Positions 17,665-24,000 of a DNA stretch of 24,000 nucleotides are shown piece after piece. The translations under genes were made by a program, and so were the position numbers. Origin of the DNA: an uncultured Bacteroidota bacterium (lineage in GTDB: Bacteria; Bacteroidota; Bacteroidia; B-17B0; Aurantibacillaceae); assembly GCA_937873155.1 (NCBI GenBank), contig CALMVZ010000038.1:71959-95958 (forward strand), read 5' to 3'. Position 1 is the first letter of the stretch; each line of letters begins with the position of its first letter. The notes under the pieces are model-generated. The model made no database searches. It saw only the letters and a list, made by a program, of their open reading frames with translations, and was not told where the DNA came from.

Positions 17665-17741
17665 AGCAGAGCGAAGCACGCTTCGTTTCAGGAAAGAACA
17701 AGTGAACAATAGAACAATTGAATAACGAATTAAGAAATAAA

Positions 17742-18458
17742 ATGAAACTCGATATATTAGCGATAGGAGTACATCCGGATGATGTGGAGTTATCATGTGC
17801 GGGAACTTTGTTAAAGCATATTGCTGCTAAGAAAAAAGTCGGGATCTTAGACCTTACCAAAGGCGAATTAGGAACACGTGGTTCTGCTGAGATCAGAACT
17901 AAAGAAGCAAAGAGGGCCGCGAAGATATTAGGCGTTTCAGTACGCGAACAATTGGATCTTGCCGATGGATTTTTTGCTAACGATAAAGAAAGCCAGTTAA
18001 AGATCATCGGGATCATCCGTAAATACCAGCCTGAGATCGTTTTATGTAATGCAATCAGTGACCGTCATCCTGATCATGGCCGTTCGGCAAAATTAGCAGC
18101 AGACGCTTGTTTTTACAGTGGTCTGACCAAAATAGACACAAAGCAAGGAAAGAAGTCGCAGCAAGCGTGGCGACCGAAAGCAGTTTATCATTATATACAG
18201 GATAATTTTATAAAACCTGATCTTGTTATTGATATTACCAAATTCGTTGATAAGAAAATGGAAGCTATTCATGCCTATGAGTCACAATTCTATAACCCGG
18301 ATTCTAAAGAACCTTCAACGGCAATATCAGGCCCTGAGTTCCTGGAGTTAGTGAAAGCAAAGCATCTTATTTTCGGAAGATATATCAATGTGCTGTATGC
18401 AGAAGGATTTACTGTAGATCGTCCTGTTGGCGTAAAATCGTTGTTGGATCTGAAATAA
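17742..18458 (+). CDS. bshB1: Bacillithiol biosynthesis deacetylase (PIG-L/LmbE family)
   Basis: MKLDILAIGVHPDDVELSCAGT, LDLTKGELGTRGSAEIRTKEA and HPDHGRS. ATG at 17742 preferred over the TTG at 17718. Confidence 0.85.
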   Translation: MKLDILAIGVHPDDVELSCAGTLLKHIAAKKKVGILDLTKGELGTRGSAEIRTKEAKRAAKILGVSVREQLDLADGFFANDKESQLKIIGIIRKYQPEIVLCNAISDRHPDHGRSAKLAADACFYSGLTKIDTKQGKKSQQAWRPKAVYHYIQDNFIKPDLVIDITKFVDKKMEAIHAYESQFYNPDSKEPSTAISGPEFLELVKAKHLIFGRYINVLYAEGFTVDRPVGVKSLLDLK

Positions 18459-19144
18459 TGAGCGGATTAACTCATAAAATATTATTGGTGGATGATGAAC
18501 CTGATATTTTAGATTTTCTTGGTTACAATTTAAAGAAAGAAGGTTACGAAGTTTTTACAGCTTCGAATGGTGTTGAAGCAATAACACTCGCTAAAAAAGA
18601 ATTACCGCACTTAATTGTACTAGACGTGATGATGCCTGAAATGGATGGTATAGAAACGTGCCGACAAATACGCGAAATCCCTTCATTGAATAATTCTGTT
18701 GTCACTTTTTTAACAGCGCGTAATGAAGAGTATACTCAAGTCTCAGGTTTTGATGTTGGTGCTGATGACTTTATTACAAAGCCGATCAAGCCTCGTGTTT
18801 TTTTAAGCCGGGTTAAAGCTTTATTAAGGAGATTTAAAAGTGAGAAGCCTGCTCCGGTTGTTATTATTGACCTGGGAGAAATAAAGATCGACACTGAGAG
18901 GCATTTAGTACTTAAGAATGATGAAGTAATTGAATTGCCAAGGAAAGAATTTAATTTACTGATGCTACTCTCAAGTAAGCCCGGAAAAGTTTTTAAGCGT
19001 GAAGATATCCTTGAGTTAGTTTGGGGTGATGAAGTTGTAGTTGGCGACAGAACCATTGACGTTCACATCCGCAAGCTCCGCGAAAAATTAGGAGAAGATT
19101 ATATTAAAACCGTAAAAGGAGTAGGGTATAAGTTCGAGTTTTAG
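18458..19144 (+). CDS. OmpR/PhoB-family response regulator (receiver plus winged-helix)
   Basis: Receiver motifs ILLVDDEPDI and LDVMMPEMDG. Winged-helix motifs LPRKEFNLLMLL, RTIDVHIRKLREKL and VKGVGYKF. The start overlaps the bshB1 stop (TAATG). No histidine kinase is in the window. Confidence 0.9.
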   Translation: MSGLTHKILLVDDEPDILDFLGYNLKKEGYEVFTASNGVEAITLAKKELPHLIVLDVMMPEMDGIETCRQIREIPSLNNSVVTFLTARNEEYTQVSGFDVGADDFITKPIKPRVFLSRVKALLRRFKSEKPAPVVIIDLGEIKIDTERHLVLKNDEVIELPRKEFNLLMLLSSKPGKVFKREDILELVWGDEVVVGDRTIDVHIRKLREKLGEDYIKTVKGVGYKFEF

Positions 19145-19168
19145 AAAAAAAAGAGGATCCGTAAATTT

Positions 19169-19243
19169 TAACACAGAGTTTATGAGTTTAGAGAGTTGCA
19201 CAGAGTCCTCAGTGAATCTCTGTTCCTCTGTATCTCTGTGTTG
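19169..19243. repeat. REP-like structured element built from CACAGAG / CTCTGTG heptamers
   Basis: AACACAGAG (19170-19178) is the reverse complement of CTCTGTGTT (19234-19242). Additional CACAGAG and CTCTGT copies lie between them. The element sits between the convergent response-regulator and folA genes. Confidence 0.6.
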
Positions 19244-19260
19244 AAAGATCGAATGCTGTT

Positions 19261-19743
19261 TTAAATACGAAGGTACTTCTGAAAAGTATAATCGTACGGG
19301 TTCTTTTCATCAGCCCAATGTTCTTCTTCCCAAACTAAATTAAAGTCAGCAAACTTTATTTCCGGAAAAAAAGTATCCGCTTCAAATTCGTGTTTTATTA
19401 AAGTACGGTAAATTTCAGAAAGATGTGGCCAGGCCAGTTTAAAGATCTCTTCGCCTCCGATTATATATATCTTTTCCTCTTTGCAATGTTTGGTCATCTC
19501 TTCGAATGATGAATACACTTCAGCACCTTCGATCTTTAGATTTTTATTTCTTGAAATGATAATATTCTTTCTCCCCGGTAAAAGTCTGCCGATCGATTCA
19601 AATGTTTTTCGTCCCATTACAATAGGCGCGCCCATGGTTGTAGTTTTAAAAAATTTAAGGTCAGCCGGTAAATGACAAAGTAATTTATTGTCTTTGCCAA
19701 TAGCATTATTCAGATCGGTAACAACAACTGCAGATAAGATCAT
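19261..19743 (-). CDS. folA: Dihydrofolate reductase
   Basis: VVTDLNNAIGKDNKLLCHLPADLKFFK, MGRKTFESIG, LPGRKNIIISR and IIGGEEIF; 160 aa. Confidence 0.92.
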   Translation of the reverse strand: MILSAVVVTDLNNAIGKDNKLLCHLPADLKFFKTTTMGAPIVMGRKTFESIGRLLPGRKNIIISRNKNLKIEGAEVYSSFEEMTKHCKEEKIYIIGGEEIFKLAWPHLSEIYRTLIKHEFEADTFFPEIKFADFNLVWEEEHWADEKNPYDYTFQKYLRI

Positions 19744-19744
19744 T

Positions 19745-21379
19745 CTATTGTTCTTTAAATACTCTGTTCAATCTTTTTAATAATACGAACATGATAACAG
19801 TCGCAACCATTAACAATGCAAAGTTAAGCCAGAAATAATTCGCTTTGTTGTCAAACTTATCCCAATTCTTTGCAAGAACACCGCTTAATTTATTTCCGAT
19901 GGATGTTGCTAAACTCCAGCCGCCCATCATTAACGCGGTTAAACGTACAGGCGATAATTTTGATACCATTGATAATCCCATAGGACTCAGTAATAATTCT
20001 CCCACAGTTATAACTCCGTAGCTTGCGATCAACCACCATGCACTCGCTTTATGCATACCGTTATCACTGACATAAACAGCCGCGACCATCACTAATGTTG
20101 ATAATGCACTGATCAATAATCCGAAAGCGATTTTTGAGGCTGTTGTCGGTTCTTTGTTACGCTGCCGCATGAAAGCGAAGAAGGCAATTATCAAAGGAGT
20201 TAAAACAACAACGAAGAAAGGATTAACCGATTGAAAGATCTCTGTGTTCACCAAGCTGACTGATTCTCCTTGCGGGGGAATTTTATCTGCATCCAGATTT
20301 TTAAAGTAGGCCGGGTAATCATTGCATTTTAGAACCTTTCCGTCGGCATCTTTTATTTTTCTGAATTGTTCATCTACCTGGTTCACTTCTTTATTCTCCG
20401 CCACTAATTTTTCAGAGAAGTATAATTTATCTGTAAGAGCTGTAATAGCGGGAGGTGATTCCCGGTCAGTATAAAATTCCGCGTAAGTTGTCAATGCTGT
20501 TCCGTTCTGTTTAAAGATGGCCCAGAATAAAATAACGATGATGAAAATGGTGAACATGGTTCCCAAAGGTTTTTTCTCTTCGGCATTTGCTTTGAAATAG
20601 ATACTGGAGAAGAAATAAATAACAGGGATGCAGAACATAAAGAAAGCATCAGTGCTATCGCTGCCCATTATATTTTCCGGGATCATCCATCCTACGATCG
20701 AAAAAGCCAGTCCAACACCTAATACTTTAGCGAACTGCATTAAAAAAGGTTTGTCTTCCGGTTTTGGTTCTTTACGGATGTCCACATGTTTGTAATGTTT
20801 CATTCCCATCCAAAACGTAATTACGCCGAGGAACATTCCGCAGCCCGCTGTAATGAAAGCTGCATCCCAGCCAATTTTATTACGCATGATCGCCGCAATG
20901 AAATTGCAAATGAAGGCCCCAAGATTGATACCCATATAGAAAATATTGTAACCTGTATCTTTTTTATGACGGTAACGCGGGTCGTTAAATAAATTCCCTA
21001 ATAACGTTGAGATATTTGGTTTAAAGAATCCATTCCCCACAACCATTACTGCAAGTGCGGTATAAAATGCCCATTTTTCAGGAATAGCGAGCATGCAATA
21101 ACCAATGCCCATTAAAATTCCACCGAGGGTAATAGAGAAACGGTAACCGAATTTCAGGTCGGCTAGCAGACCACCCATAAAAGGAGTTAAATAAGCGAGT
21201 GCAATAAAAGTCCCGAATACATCAGCAGCATCCGAGTTATCCCATCCTAATCCGCCTTTCGAAGGATCAGTGATCATGTAAAGGGTAAAGATCCCGATCA
21301 TTAAATAGTAACCAAAGCGTTCCCAGAATTCGGTGAACACTAAAAAAAACAGGCCGGCAGGATATTTTGATTCTTTCAT
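19745..21379 (-). CDS. Proton-dependent oligopeptide transporter (POT/PTR2 family)
   Basis: FWERFGYYLM (the ExxERFxYY motif), GGLLADLKFGYR, a polytopic profile, 544 aa. Confidence 0.9.
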   Translation of the reverse strand: MKESKYPAGLFFLVFTEFWERFGYYLMIGIFTLYMITDPSKGGLGWDNSDAADVFGTFIALAYLTPFMGGLLADLKFGYRFSITLGGILMGIGYCMLAIPEKWAFYTALAVMVVGNGFFKPNISTLLGNLFNDPRYRHKKDTGYNIFYMGINLGAFICNFIAAIMRNKIGWDAAFITAGCGMFLGVITFWMGMKHYKHVDIRKEPKPEDKPFLMQFAKVLGVGLAFSIVGWMIPENIMGSDSTDAFFMFCIPVIYFFSSIYFKANAEEKKPLGTMFTIFIIVILFWAIFKQNGTALTTYAEFYTDRESPPAITALTDKLYFSEKLVAENKEVNQVDEQFRKIKDADGKVLKCNDYPAYFKNLDADKIPPQGESVSLVNTEIFQSVNPFFVVVLTPLIIAFFAFMRQRNKEPTTASKIAFGLLISALSTLVMVAAVYVSDNGMHKASAWWLIASYGVITVGELLLSPMGLSMVSKLSPVRLTALMMGGWSLATSIGNKLSGVLAKNWDKFDNKANYFWLNFALLMVATVIMFVLLKRLNRVFKEQ

Positions 21380-21473
21380 TGATCTAATAGATTTGGATAA
21401 AGATAAAAGAAATTATTTATTACCAAGCATTCCTGATTTTGGACTAAAGTCCAATGGCATTGTTTATTTTACA

Positions 21474-21988
21474 AACCCCGACCTGAAGGTCGGGGTTATT
21501 GATTGTGATTTAGTTTAGCGCTGCCCACTGTTTCCGTTACCCCGATATGGAAGTCTGTTATTGATAATGATTTAGTTTAGCACTGTCCACTGTTTCCGTT
21601 ACCCTGATATGGAAGTCTGTTATTGATAATGATTTAGTTTAGCACTGTCCACTGTTTCTGTTACCTCGACATGAAAGTCTGTTGATTTAATTTAGCACTG
21701 CCCACTGTTTCTGTTACCCCGATATGGAAGTCTGTTATTGATAATGATTTAGTTTAGCACTGTCCACTGTTTCTGTTACCCCGATATGGAAGTCTGTTAT
21801 TGATAATGATTTAGTTTAGCACTGTCCACTGTTTCCGTTACCCTGATATGGAGGTCTGTTATTGATAATGATTTAGTATAGGACTGTCCACTGTTTCTGT
21901 TACCCCGATATGGAGGTCTGTTGTTCATAATGATTTAGTTTAATTCTGTACAGGGTTTCATTAACCACGACCTTTAGGTCGTGGTTAA
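21474..21988. repeat. 62-bp tandem array (about 8 units) bracketed by perfect hairpins
   Basis: GATTTAGTTTAGC unit starts at 21507, 21569, 21631, 21684 (after a 53-bp unit), 21746, 21808, 21870 and 21932. Flanking hairpins are AACCCCGACC-tgaa-GGTCGGGGTT (21474-21497) and TTAACCACGACC-ttta-GGTCGTGGTTAA (21961-21988). Confidence 0.9.
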
Positions 21989-22005
21989 AAACAATATGCA
22001 ATAAT

Positions 22006-22017
22006 GGGCTTTAGCCC
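22006..22017 (-). terminator. Small hairpin just downstream of the 22024-22485 gene; with the 21961-21988 hairpin, a possible terminator pair
   Basis: GGGCTTTAGCCC begins 7 nt after the stop codon, and a 12-bp-stem hairpin follows ~18 nt later. U tracts are weak. Confidence 0.35.
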
Positions 22018-22023
22018 TGAAAG

Positions 22024-22485
22024 TTATTTGTAATAGAAGGTATTACTAAGAAGGGCATCCTTAGTATTCACATTGTAGAATATGATCTTTATAACATTGC
22101 CTTTAGCTTCGTTAGCGCCGTTGATATGAGTGATGAATTTATGGCAGTTATCATTTACAACTCCTGGTTTCGATTTGTTAGCTACGAAAGTAGAATCCTG
22201 GAAATAATGCTCATATTGAAGGTGAGGGACATTTTTTAATTGGAAAACCGTATCATTCTTAGTTCTCATCAAACGGCCGTTCTCGATCTCAATCCTGGTA
22301 TTGCAGCCGGTTTTTCCTGTCATTTTTAAATAGAACAGGTCGTTTTTATTCAAAGAAATGGTATCTGACTTTTGTCCCGTTTGGAAAAAGAAAAAGCTGT
22401 CTTCTTTTTTGATCTTGATCTTTTCGGTTTGGCAGAAGACCAGGAAGGGTATAAAAATAAGAGATAAAAGGAGTCGCATTATCAT
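22024..22485 (-). CDS. Hypothetical secreted protein
   Basis: Signal-peptide-like MIMRLLLSLIFIPFLVFCQ. Lies 16 nt downstream of tatA on the same strand. I recognise no family. Confidence 0.6.
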   Translation of the reverse strand: MIMRLLLSLIFIPFLVFCQTEKIKIKKEDSFFFFQTGQKSDTISLNKNDLFYLKMTGKTGCNTRIEIENGRLMRTKNDTVFQLKNVPHLQYEHYFQDSTFVANKSKPGVVNDNCHKFITHINGANEAKGNVIKIIFYNVNTKDALLSNTFYYK

Positions 22486-22501
22486 ACAACGCTTAAGTTT
22501 G

Positions 22502-22753
22502 TTAATCCTTATCGATCTCTTTTTTTACTTCCTGAACGTGTTCGTTGATCTGTTTGGTAATACCGCCTGTACTTTCCTGGATATCCCTTTTAATTCCATC
22601 GCTCGCATCTTTGAATTCGCGGATACCTTTTCCTAAAGCTTTAGCAACACTTGGAATGCCTTTGCCTCCGAATAATAAAAGAATAACAAAGAGAATAAGA
22701 ACAACTTCCCCGCCGCCTAAATTCAAAAACAATATATATAAACTGTCTGCCAT
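22502..22753 (-). CDS. tatA: Twin-arginine translocase subunit TatA/E
   Basis: GGGEVVLILFVILLLFGGKGIPSVAKALGKGIREFKDA is the canonical TatA TM helix plus amphipathic helix; 83 aa. Confidence 0.9.
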   Translation of the reverse strand: MADSLYILFLNLGGGEVVLILFVILLLFGGKGIPSVAKALGKGIREFKDASDGIKRDIQESTGGITKQINEHVQEVKKEIDKD

Positions 22754-22799
22754 CCTTGGTCTTTTTTATCCTTTAAGTCTCTTCTATCCCTTAAATCCC

Positions 22800-22916
22800 T
22801 TATTTCTTGTTTCTCATGAATTTAAAAACCACAACAGCGCCGGTGACAAAAATAATGGCAATAAAAGCCAATACAAAAATATCACTGCCATCTAAACTGC
22901 TGCTGGTTTTTTCCAT
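22800..22916 (-). CDS. Candidate 38-aa single-pass membrane mini-protein (below the ORF-track size cutoff)
   Basis: Hand translation: MEKTSSSLDGSDIFVLAFIAIIFVTGAVVVFKFMRNKK*. It has one hydrophobic helix followed by basic residues and fills the gap between the ABC ATPase and tatA on the same strand. Confidence 0.4.
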   Translation of the reverse strand: MEKTSSSLDGSDIFVLAFIAIIFVTGAVVVFKFMRNKK

Positions 22917-22959
22917 GGGATCAAAGATAAATAAAATACCGCTGTTTCTTCTGTTAAAA

Positions 22960-23598
22960 TTACTTATGATCCGCCACGTTCAACTCCTTGGTACAGAACC
23001 CAAATTCTTCTTTAACAGAGTTAGAACAAACCACGATCGTTTTATGGGAAGCATATTTGTTAATGAGTTGGTTATACCAATCAATTGCATTCTTATCAAG
23101 GTTGGATGCAGGTTCATCCAATAAAAGCAAAGGACAATCCGCTAAAATAGCTAAAACTAATTTAACCCGTTGTTTCATACCGCTCGAATAATTTTTGATG
23201 TGTTTATTTTCGGTGTGTTTCAGTTCTGCTATTTCAATTATTTCTTGTGCGCTTAAATTATTCAGAAAAGGTTTGTAAACCGCGCAATGGCTTATCAGTT
23301 CTGTTAAGGTATAATCTTCGATCAACTCCAGGTAGGGTGTGGCAATGCTCAACTGATCTTTGTAATTCTCGTTCTCTTCAATGTGATCTCCTGTCTTTAA
23401 AATCACTTTTCCTGCATTCGGTAAAACATAACCGGAAATAATTTGAAGTAAAGTGGATTTCCCGGAGCCGTTCCCACCAAGCACAACAAGTTTATCGCCG
23501 GGAGCTAAATTTAAATTAAGATTTCTGAAGATCCACTCGCTGCCGAATTTTTTACCAATGCCTTCGAGCTGGATATGTAAATTGTTGGAGGAGTTCAT
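22960..23598 (-). CDS. ABC transporter ATP-binding protein (no permease partner visible)
   Basis: Walker A GGNGSGKST, signature YSSGMKQR, Walker B LLLLDEP; 212 aa. Confidence 0.88.
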   Translation of the reverse strand: MNSSNNLHIQLEGIGKKFGSEWIFRNLNLNLAPGDKLVVLGGNGSGKSTLLQIISGYVLPNAGKVILKTGDHIEENENYKDQLSIATPYLELIEDYTLTELISHCAVYKPFLNNLSAQEIIEIAELKHTENKHIKNYSSGMKQRVKLVLAILADCPLLLLDEPASNLDKNAIDWYNQLINKYASHKTIVVCSNSVKEEFGFCTKELNVADHK

Positions 23599-23685
23599 TT
23601 AAACTTTTTAAGCCGACTTCGACAAACTCAGTCGCCGGATTTCTTTTTGGTTTCGGTGGTTGAGCTTGTCGAAACCACTTTCACA

Positions 23686-24000
23686 TCAGATACCTTTAAC
23701 GATCCCGTCTTTACTGTTCCTGATAAAGCTGACGATCTCTTTCCTGATAGTAGTATCCGGAATTTCAGCTTCCACAATATCCAGTGCTTTTGAAACGGTA
23801 TGACCTCTCACAAAAATTGTACGGTAAATATCTTCGATCTGTGTGATGGTCTCTTTTGCGAAACCTCTTCTTGCTAAACCAATCGTATTAACGCCAATGA
23901 ATTGTAATGGCTCACGTGCTACACGGATATAAGGCGGAATGTCTTTTCTCACTAAACTTGCTCCTGCAACAAATGTATGCGCGCCAATGGTTACAAATTG
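23686..24000 (-). CDS. lpxA: Acyl-ACP--UDP-N-acetylglucosamine O-acyltransferase, C-terminal part (5' end outside the window)
   Basis: The frame is open to the right edge (QFVTIGAHTFVAGASLVRKDIPPY). The tail GVNTIGLARRGFAKETITQIEDIYRTIF matches the LpxA C-terminal helical domain. Confidence 0.85.
   Translation of the reverse strand, partial: QFVTIGAHTFVAGASLVRKDIPPYIRVAREPLQFIGVNTIGLARRGFAKETITQIEDIYRTIFVRGHTVSKALDIVEAEIPDTTIRKEIVSFIRNSKDGIVKGI

Noticed and set aside
21507-21960. CRISPR array interpretation of the 62-bp array
   Set aside because: The entire 62-bp unit is conserved between copies, so there are no unique spacers. No cas genes are present.
22767-22798. Direct repeat TATCCTTTAAGTCT / TATCCCTTAAATCC just upstream of tatA
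   Set aside because: Only two imperfect copies (11 of 14 positions) in pyrimidine-rich DNA. No recognisable promoter motif or structure is attached to it.
150-23441. Alternative-frame and antisense ORFs nested in larger genes: 150-599, 3037-3237, 7080-7331, 8189-8374, 8453-8713, 10442-10711, 10764-10955, 14011-14223, 14450-14632, 16557-16826, 17411-17623, 17506-17796, 17636-18016, 18736-19056, 19481-19675, 20786-20992, 22358-22636, 22545-22895, 22807-23124, 22988-23191, 23247-23441
   Set aside because: Each lies inside or opposite a longer ORF with clear family motifs. Their translations are low-complexity or hydrophobic nonsense typical of shadow ORFs in AT-rich DNA.
1-24000. Mobile elements, toxin-antitoxin pairs, restriction-modification or other defence systems, tRNA/rRNA genes, riboswitches
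   Set aside because: I scanned ORF translations and intergenic regions on both strands. I found no transposase, integrase, nuclease, methylase or cas-like motifs, no cloverleaf-like RNA genes and no recognisable riboswitch cores.

Overview
This window looks like low-GC Bacteroidota chromosome, judging by T9SS C-terminal sorting domains, a bacillithiol gene and Bacteroidota-style intergenic hairpins. No finer taxon can be supported. Most of it is housekeeping: bioB-(WG-repeat gene)-bioF-bioD-bioA, a MenI/PaaI-like thioesterase, a glutathione-peroxidase-family gene followed by bshB1 and an OmpR-type response regulator, a POT peptide transporter followed by folA, tatA, an ABC ATPase and the 3' end of lpxA. 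The accessory part is 1-8800. It holds a >1296-aa beta-helix T9SS cargo protein that runs off the left edge, two tandem mosaic paralogs with forced TTG starts, and a decayed fourth copy. It also holds a signal-peptide-less FN3 protein and a histone-H1-like tail fused to a PhnB/VOC domain. A secreted RCC1 beta-propeller with a T9SS domain and a hyper-basic secreted mini-protein lie at 10.1-11.9 kb. The structures not explained by genes are two non-coding tandem arrays with near-identical periods. One has seven units phased at exactly 63 bp (7641-8085), between the FN3 and H1-VOC genes. Its core is an inverted near-copy of the FN3 gene's translation-initiation region. The other is a 62-bp array of about 8 units (21474-21988) upstream of POT-folA, bracketed by intact hairpin versions of its own unit. 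Neither is a CRISPR. I found no cas, integrase, transposase, toxin or recognisable defence genes, and cannot support a claim of a defined novel multi-gene system. The arrays and the two unusual fusion or orphan proteins next to the first one are the best leads.
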